From NCBI RefSeq assembly GCF_009914755.1, contig NC_060944.1: 64,000 nt of DNA; one strand, given 5' to 3'. The position numbers and the translations under genes were made by a program. The stretch comes from the human T2T-CHM13v2.0 reference genome, Homo sapiens. Below are positions 53,905-64,000 of the stretch, one piece after another (position 1 is the first letter of the stretch; each line of letters opens with the position of its first letter). The notes beneath the pieces were generated by a model, which was not told where the DNA came from, did no database searches, and saw only the letters and a list, made by a program, of their open reading frames with translations.

Positions 53905-56900
53905 GTTTTGTTTGTTTGTTTGCCTGCTTGCTTGCTTTTTGAGACAAGGTCTTGTTCTGTCACCCAGGCTGGAATGCAGTGGCATGATCACGGCTCATTG
54001 CAACCTTGACCTCCTGGGCTCAAGTGATCCTCTCACAGAGTTGGAATTACAGGTGTGAGCCACTACACCTAGTCTTTAAATCTTTAAAGATTTGAAGTAT
54101 GGAATTGGAAAAGAGGAGACAAAATTATCTAGATTTTCAGGGGATATCAACATATACTTGTAAACTCCAAGGAAACCTTGTGGTGGATAGAAAATACTCA
54201 TTTCCACCCTCTCCAGAAACCTCACTAAAAAGGTGGTAAAGAGTTTTCTTAAAGATATAAAAGACAAAGATAAAGGATATGAACAAATTGTACATATAAA
54301 AAATGTTGAGCTGAGTGTAGTGGCTCACACCTGTAATCCCAGTACTTTGGGAGGCCAAGGCACATGGATTGCTTGAGCCCAGGAGTTCAAGACCAGCCTC
54401 ATCAACATAACAAGACCCTGTCTCTACAAAAAATTTTTTAAAAAATAGCTGGGCATGGTGTCACATACCTATAATCCCAGCTGCTCAGGAGGTTGAGGCA
54501 AGAGAATTGCTTGAGCCTGGGAGGTCGAGGCTACAGTGGGTTGTGTTGGTGCCATTGCACCCCAGCCCTGGTGACAGAACAAGATCCTGTCTCAAAAAAA
54601 AAAATATTAAATGAAAAAAGCAAGATGGAGAACACTGTACCTAGCATGCTATCATTAGTATAAACAAAAGACAGGTAGAGTCTGGATAACTGAGGGGAGC
54701 AGGAGGTCCCCAGGAAGGCCTGTTTTCCAAGGAAAGAGGAGGAACAGAGAGGACAGTGAGGGTGAGGGCGGCTGCTGTCTCCTAAATCTGTCACCTCCCC
54801 TTCTCTGCTTTGGCAGCCATTATGTCCATGGGTCTCTGGCTTGTCTTGTGCAATACTTCCTTGTGTTAAACTCCAAGATATCAATGGGCTGATGAGAGTT
54901 CCAGCGTGAGCTACGTGACTGGATGGGTGCTTGGAATAAGAATCCCATGCCCCAGAGAGCAAGACCAGCAAGACAATACTGACTAAGCCACTTTCCCCTG
55001 TAAGCCACCCTGGACCCACTTCTCAGTCCTAAGGACTAATGACATAAACTGGATGATGGTCACATAAAAATCTTGGTGAGATGCTGGAAGTCTAAAGTGG
55101 TCCCTTTGGGATCATAATGTAAGAAAGTGGCTTCAAGGCATATTTCAGCATAGAGTAACCTTGGCATTGGAAGCACTTTGCAAAAACATAAGAGGCCATG
55201 CTAACTCTTTTCATACAACAGAGGCCTGGCAGGTGACATTTCCAGAGGGAGAATGGAAGATTCTGAGAGCACTGCACAAGAGTCTCCCTTAGACACTTCT
55301 AGAACATATAGGAGGCTGTGGTAGAAGGGAACTGAAAGTTCAAAGTGTTGATCATGTGCACTGACTAAGCCTTTGTATTTAAAATCAAGATGACATCATA
55401 ACGGCCTGATTTTCTTTCTTTCTTTCTTTCTTTTTTTTTTTGAGACGGAGTCTCGCTCTGTGGCCCAGACTGGAGTGTAGTGGCGCAACCTCGGCTCACT
55501 GCAACCTCTGCCTCATGGGTTCAAGCGGTTCTCCTGCCTCCCCAGGTAGCTGGGATTACAGGCATAAGGCACCGCACCTGGCCAACCTGATTTTCTTAAA
55601 AATAAATCTGGGTTTAGATTATTGGTAGAAACATTAAGTGATGTTGTGTCTTCTCAGTGCAACACACCAGTCAATTTTCACGTTGATGGTGATGCTAAGT
55701 GTAATCTGATGGTCAACGTGGTGACCTTCAGCTCTCTCTGTGGTAAAGATACGTTTTCCCTTTTGCGATTACTAAACAGCCTGTAGGGTGATACATTCAA
55801 ACCTTATGAATATCATTTTTCCCAACCCCCTTTATCCTAATAGTTTTACATTCCATTGATGATGCCTGCCTGAATCAATTATTAATAGACTGGTCATAAA
55901 ATGATGATTTTTCCATTTCTATCATTCCATCTACATTCACAATTTGGCATTCTTTTATGAAGAAGAGCTTTCTTTTCTTTTTTTTTTTTGAGATGGAGTC
56001 TCACTTTCTTGCCCAGTCTGGAGTGCAGTGATGCCATCTTGGTTCACTGCAACCTCTGACTTCCAAGTTCAAGCAATTCTCCTGCCTCAGCCTCCCAAGT
56101 GGCTGTGATTACAGATGGGCATCAGGACGCCTGGCTAATTTTTGTATTTTTAGTAGAGATGGGTTTTTGCCATGTTGGCCAGGCTGGTCTTGAACTCCTG
56201 ACCTCAAGTGATCCACCCACCTCAGCCTCCCAAAGTGCTGGGATTACGGGTGTGAGCCACCTCACCTGGCCCTCTTTTCTACCCCCTTTAAAATTTTTGG
56301 TGTTGGCCAGGTGCAGTGGCTCACGCCTGTAATCCCAACATTTTGGGAGGCTGAGGTGGGAGGATTGCTTGAGCCCATAAGTTCGAGACCAGCCTGGGCA
56401 ACATAGCAGGATCTTGTCTCTATTAAGAAAAATAATAATAAAATAAAATACCATTGTTGGTTGTTTTATTTATTTATTGTGGTGGTTGTTGTTTTGAGAC
56501 AGAGTCTCTCTCTGTTACCCAGGTTGAAGTACAGTGACATGATCATAGCTCACTGTAACCTCGAACTCTTGGGCTCAACTGATACTCCTGCTTTGGCCTC
56601 CCAAAGTGCTGCGATTACAGGTGTGAGCACAGGCCAAAATTTTTGGTGTTAATATCAATAGAGACACATGGATTCCTTTTGATTCAATATATAATAATCC
56701 ATTCCTGCATTATTCATATGAGGCTGAGATTGTCCCAGATTTTGACATGAGGGCCTCCATAAAAATGTAGATTGCAAGCCACCTTCTCCCTCTCCTCCAG
56801 TGGGGCCTGGGATTCTGCATATATAACTACCACTAAACTAAAATCTGAAACACCCACTAAATCTGAAAAGTTGAGGAAAAGCCCTTGCCAAGGACCAGCT

Positions 56901-58070
56901 GAGGAGTTTATGTTAAGAGTGGTTTCACACCCACCAGGCAATACAGCTAGAACTTGACAAGGGCATCCTCTGAGGCAAAGAAGGCCAGAATGCCAGCAAA
57001 CGAAGATGCATCTTCTGGAGGTGGAAGGGGGTGAGGAAGAAATGGAGAGGTCAGGGCTGGAAAGGAGATGCTTATGGTTTTTTTCCTGCCTTGGGAAGAC
57101 TATAGCAGACAAGATACCTATTAATTCTTGCAACATTACAGCAATGGTTTTTCTGAGTAATAGGAACAGTTTGCTTCTATCCCCAAAGATGGAGAGCTCT
57201 TTGCTATTTGGAACCAAGTGTTGATATAGTCAGGAAAAGACCTGGATCAAGGGAGTGTATAAAGCACACAAGTGCACACTGTCACTCTTGCTGAACACTC
57301 CTGGTGAAATGTAGAAAAGACATGAAAGAGGGAAAGTAATACATCTACAGCAGCATCAGGAAACTGAAAAGCCAAAAGGCCAGGCATTTGATGAAAGTCC
57401 TGGACAATAGAGAGCAGGAGGAAATGTGGGATCAAAAAAGCAGAACTGGGCCAGGCTTGTTGGCTCACACCTGTAATCCTAACAATTTGGGAGGCTGAGG
57501 CAGAAGGATTGATTGAGGCCAGAAGTTTAAGACCAGCCTGGGCAACATAGTGAGACCCTGTCTCTACCAAAAAATAATATAAAATAAAAATTTTTTAAAA
57601 GTGGGGAATTGAGTCCATGCATTTGGGCCTACGTCCTCTCCAAACCTCACTAAAATAACAGTTAAAAAATAAAAAGGACAAAACTCACAAGGACAAAAAG
57701 AACAGACATTGAAACAAGATTGAGCTAGTGATGTCGAGAATAAATATTTCAGATGTTCTAGGCCAGGCATGGTGGCTCAGGCCTGTAATCTCAGTATTTT
57801 GGGAGGCTGAGGCAGGTGGATTGCTTGAGCTTGGGAGTTTGAGACCAGCCTGGACAACATGGTGAAACCCCATCTCTACCAAAAAAAAAAAAAAAATTAC
57901 AAAAATGAGCCAGGCGTGGTGGCACACACCTGTGGTCCCAGCTACTCAGGAGGCTGAGATGGGATGATAGCTTGTGCCTGAGAGGTCAAGGCTGCAGTGA
58001 GCCATGAACACGCTGCTGCACTCCAGCCTGGGCAACAGAGTGAGACCCTGTCTCAAAAAACCAAACAAAA
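53905..58070. repeat. Alu/FLAM/FRAM pieces (53905-54073, 54308-54610, 55410-55583, 55970-56271, 56305-56448, 56460-56635, 57449-57590, 57761-58070) among old L1M remnants
   Basis: Alu consensus matches. Confidence 0.8.
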
Positions 58071-58092
58071 CACATATTTCAGACATTCTCAC

Positions 58093-59464
<1,372 letters not shown>

Positions 59465-59826
59465 AAAGTCACAAGTTTCTGCATTGAAAGGTCTTACCAG
59501 GAACCTAGAACAATGAATTAATTAAAAAATATCCACACAGGCTGGGCACAGTGGCTCACGCCTGTAATCTCAGCACTTTGGGAGGCTTAGGTGGGAGGAT
59601 TCCTTGAGGCCAGGAGTTTGAGACCAGGCTAGGCAACATAGAGAGACCCCATCTCTACAAAAAATTTAAAACATTAGCTAGGCATTGTGGCATGTACCTG
59701 TAGTCCTAGCTACTTGGGAGGTTTAGGCAGGAGGACTGATTTAGCCCAGGAGTTTGAGGCTGCAGTGAGCTATGATTGTGCCATTGCATTCCAGCCTGGC
59801 GACAGAGTGTGACTCTGTCTCAAAAT

Positions 59827-59849
<23 letters not shown>

Positions 59850-59857
<8 letters not shown>

Positions 59858-61050
59858 TACGCACACACAGAAATTAGTATGAATTCATATTTATGTGTGT
59901 GTGTGTGCATATACACACACCCACAGATGAGTAAATACAGAAATAACTTTAGAAATAAATGTGTGTCTAAATGGATTAGTATACACATACATATTATTCT
60001 AACCCTCTGCTAAGAGATCCAAGAGCAGTGACACCCAATAAAACAAGCACATCCAGTGCCCAGATCTTGGTTTCTAAACCAAGAATGGTTTCTAAATACC
60101 ATTCTCTGATTTTAAAAAACCAGGGCTTCTTGAAAAAATGACTGAAGCTATTTCAAGGCAAGGAAAATGCAAGATGAGCCCAGAGCACCTGATAGACCAG
60201 AAGGCAAGGAAGTACTCAAGAAAAAAAAAAAGTCAGAGGGATACCACAGCCAACTCTGAGGAGTTTCCAATGGCCAAAGCCAGACCAATTTGGGAACCAA
60301 AATAAATAATGTGGTATTGGATTGTAACCCAAAGTGTAAATAAGTATAGATGAGGCCATATTTACAGAGAGAAAATGATTGAAAAATAAATGACAGAAAA
60401 GGGACAAATTTCCTTATAGAAGAATTTCAAATAACATAAGTAGCTATGCTCTCCACCTTGCAAAAAGAAGTTTACTTCTTCTCCCCAACCCCTTTGAGGG
60501 TAGGCTGGACTTTGTGGCTCACTTCCAAATAACAGAATATGGAAGTGGGAAAAATGGTAACTGTGTGATGGAGAAACCTGGAAATACCACCTTAACCAAG
60601 TGATCATGGTTAACATTATCAGTAATAAGAGTATATTACTTGTGCTATTCTTCTCGAAATCCCATAAGCCCAGTCTAGTCCTGAGAAACATACCAGACAA
60701 ATGCAAACTGAGAAACATTCTACAAAATGCTGGATAGTACTCCTCAAAACCGTCAGGGCTATGAAAACAAAACAAGACTGGGAAACTATCACAGACCAGA
60801 GGAGACTAAAGGGACAGGATGAATAAATGCAATATGGTGTCCTGGATTGGATCTTGGAACAGAAAAGGGGCATGAGTAGAAAAACTGATGAAATTTGAAT
60901 GAGGTCTGGAGTTTAGTGAATAGTAACATACCAATATTGGTTTTTTAATTTTCACAAATATACCATGGTAATCTCATATGTTAACATTAGGGAAAACTAG
61001 GTGAGGGGTATATAGGAATTCTCTATATTATCTTTGCAACTTCTCTGTAA
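59850..61050 (+). mobile_element. L1MC/MD-like 3' UTR, resuming at 63141-63175 after the SVA/Alu block
   Basis: ATGCAATATGGTGTCCTGGATTGGATCTTGGAACAG...TCTTTGCAACTTCTCTGTAA | CTGTAAATCTTAAATTATTCCAAAATAAAA. Confidence 0.8.
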
Positions 61051-61369
61051 TTTTTTTTTTTTTTTTTTTTTACCAAATACGTATTTTTTTATTATGTCAC
61101 AGCAAGAAAGAGCATAATCTGATTTATGTTATAAATTCCAACTAAAGAAGTGATTCATTCAATCTTTATACATATGACAAATATTTAATGAGTATCCACT
61201 CTGTACCAGATAGTGTTCTGGGCACTGTGGACACAGAGATGAGTAAGACAGTTAAAGCCCTTGCCCTCACGGAGCTTTCATTCTAGGGGATTCTGGGAAG
61301 GCAAAAAGAAAGCAAACAGTCCAGTTAAGATACCACTGCAGAGTCCACATGATGGATCATAATGGTTTC
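61051..61369 (-). other. Probable SVA 3' transduction (~300 bp including an L2 fragment) with its own AATAAA and second poly(A)
   Basis: Unique segment between two poly-T tracts (61051-61071 and 61370-61386). Minus-strand AATAAA at 61093-61088, 16 nt before the distal poly(A). It interrupts an L1M 3' end that resumes at 63141. Confidence 0.8.
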
Positions 61370-62748
61370 TTTTTTTTTTTTTTTTTAATTGATCATTCTT
61401 GGGTGTTTCTCACAGAGGGGGATTTGGCAGGGTCACAGGACAATAGCGGAGGGAAGGTCAGCAGATAAACAAGTGAACAAAGGTCTCTGGTTTTCCTAGG
61501 CAGAGTGTGTGTGTCCCTGGGTACTTGAGATTAGGGAATGGTGATGACTCTTAACCAGCATGCTGCCTTCAAGCATCTGTTTAACAAAGCACATCTTGCA
61601 CCGCCCTTAATCCATTTAACCCTGAGTGGACACAGCACATGTTTCAGAGAGCACGGGGTTGGGGGTAAGGTCATAGATCAACAGGATCCCAAGGCAGAAG
61701 AATTTTTCCTAGTACAGAACAAAATGAAAAGTCTCCCATGTCTACTTCTTTCTACACAGGCACAGCAACCATCCGATTTCTCAATCTTTTCCCCACCTTT
61801 CCCCCTTTTCTATTCCACAAAACCGCCATTGTCATCATGGCCCGTTCTCAATGAGCTGTTGGGTACACCTCCCAGACGGGGTGGTGGCCGGGCAGAGGGG
61901 CTCCTCACTTCCCAGTAGGGGCGGCTGGGCAGAGGCGCCCCTCACCTCCCGGACGGGACGGCTGGCCGGGCGGGGGGCTGACCCCCCCACCTCCCTCCCG
62001 GACTGAGCAGCTGGCCGCGCGGGGGGCTGACTCCCCCACCTCCCTCCTGGACGGGGCGGCTGGCCGGGCGGGGGGCTGACCCCCCCCACCTCCCTCCCGG
62101 ACGGGGCGTCTCGCCTGGCGGGGGGCTGACTCCCCCACCTCCCTCCCGGACGGGGCGGCTGGCCGGGCAGAGGGGCTCCTCACTTCCCAGTAGGGGCGGC
62201 CGGGCAGAGGCGCCCCTCACCTCCGGGATGGGGTGGCTGGCCGGGGCGGCTGGCCGGGCGGGGGGCTGACCCCCCCACCTCCCTTCCGGACGGGGTGGCT
62301 GCCGGGCGGAGACGCTCCTCACTTCCCAGACAGGGTGGCAGCCGGGCGGAGGGTCTCCTCACTTCTCAGACGGGGCGGCCGGGCAGAGACGCTCCTCACC
62401 TCCCAGACGGGGCGGCGGGGCAGAGGCGCTCCCCACATCTCAGACGATGGGCGGCCGGGCAGAGACGCTCCTCACTTCCCAGATGGGATGGCGGCCGGGA
62501 AGAGGCGCTCCTCACTTCCTATGTGGGATGGCGGCCGGGCAGAGACGCTCCTCACTTTCCAGACTGGGCAGCCAGGCAGAGGGGCTCCTCACATCCCAGA
62601 CGATGGGCGGCCAGGCAGATACGCACCTCACTTCCCAGATGGGGTAGCGGCCGGGCAGAGGCTGCAATCTCGGCACTTTGGGGGGCCAAGGCAGGCGGCT
62701 GGGAGGTGGAGGTTGTAGCTGAGATCACGCCACTGCACTCCAGCCTGG
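61370..62748 (-). mobile_element. SVA retrotransposon, 5'-truncated (no CCCTCT hexamers, partial Alu-like domain); subfamily uncertain, D-like
   Basis: Poly-T 61370-61386, SINE-R ~61387-61870, GC-rich VNTR ~61870-62655, Alu-like part ~62656-62748. Confidence 0.95.
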
Positions 62749-63143
<395 letters not shown>

Positions 63144-63175
63144 TAAATCTTAAATTATTCCAAAATAAAATGTTT

Positions 63176-63350
63176 CTTCACATAAACAGTTAGTGGCACA
63201 ACACATAAAATTTCAGAATATTAGAAACAATGGATTGTATGAGCTTCTAGAGAAGAAAAAAAGTAGGTCACATAAAAACAATCAGGAAACACAATGGCAT
63301 CAGACTGCCCATCAGGAACCCTGAAGCAATCCCCCCACAACCTGGGAGAA
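63176..63350 (+). mobile_element. L1/HAL1 ORF1-like remnant (related pieces at ~57600-57750 and ~59470-59540)
   Basis: AAATTTCAGAATATTAGA...AGGTCACATAAAAACAATCAGGAAACACAATGGCATCAGAC resembles L1/HAL1 ORF1. Confidence 0.45.
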
Positions 63351-64000
63351 ATTACAGTCACCTACTTGCCTCAGCCTTGAACAGGGCAACCTGTCACTGC
63401 TTAGGTCACATACTGCTTAGCCCCAGAAGTCACCCTGGACTTCTACATTAGGGCAGCCCTGGCTGTGAACTATGTTTGCATAATGATAATAACACAAATG
63501 CTAAATACCAGCATAATAATATATATTATAACTATTATTTGCTGGGAGTGTGATTGTAGGAGTAAAATTACGTCAGTATGTGAATGTGTCCACGTGATAG
63601 GGAACAAGATAGTGCAAATTAAGTTTATATGGTAAGGAGTCAGATAATATTTAAGAATAAAAAATCAAAAAATAAGACTTCCATATCTGGTAGAAAAGAT
63701 GAGGTAATTGAATCAATTTTATAATGAAACTATTTAAAAATGCTTAAGTATCTGTATCTATTTGTCTCTAGTTCTCCATTTATCTATCAAACTGTATCTA
63801 TCTATTTATATCCCTAAAAACATTGAGCTAAAAACGTAAGGGGAAATACTGAGGTCAAATTTTTCTGTTTTGAGCGTAATATCAGATTACCAAAGCTGCT
63901 TCTGTCTTGCTAATACTGCATAGTTGGGCTTTTGTTCAGTGGTGTTGGGAGACAGGGCAAATGGATGAAAGTAGAGACTTAGGCTGGGCACGGTGGCTCA

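Noticed and set aside
54610-57440. Unassigned stretches with 160-aa ORFs (54531-55019, 56714-57217), possible pseudogene
   Set aside because: No recognisable protein similarity, poly(A) tail or TSD. One ORF ends in Alu sequence.

Overview
This is Alu-dense primate genomic DNA, very likely human chr20p13, judging by an AluYg6, an SVA and the recognised protein. The only protein-coding gene is the 5' end of DNAAF9 (C20orf194, the Shulin orthologue) on the minus strand. Its CpG-island promoter and exon 1 lie at about 28.2-29.2 kb, and exons 2 and 3 lie at 3371-3450 and 2323-2442. They splice in frame (GT-AG) to give [10 protein letters not shown]...[67 protein letters not shown]. The rest is intronic or intergenic repeat: roughly 60 Alu/FLAM pieces, L1M, L2, MER20, MER1A, THE1, a two-LTR MSTA provirus, other LTRs, a U3 snoRNA retrocopy and an SVA. 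Three things stand out. (1) An essentially complete but heavily interrupted fossil autonomous hAT (Blackjack-type) transposon spans about 29.27-38.58 kb, with readable transposase motifs and ends resembling the non-autonomous MamRep38/MER53 elements. (2) The SVA carries a ~300-bp 3' transduction and has no TSD at its 5' junction. (3) Five short, locally templated duplications ('doublets') have donors 0.3-4.8 kb away. Repeat family names come from recalled consensus sequences, not a database search, and repeat coordinates are approximate.
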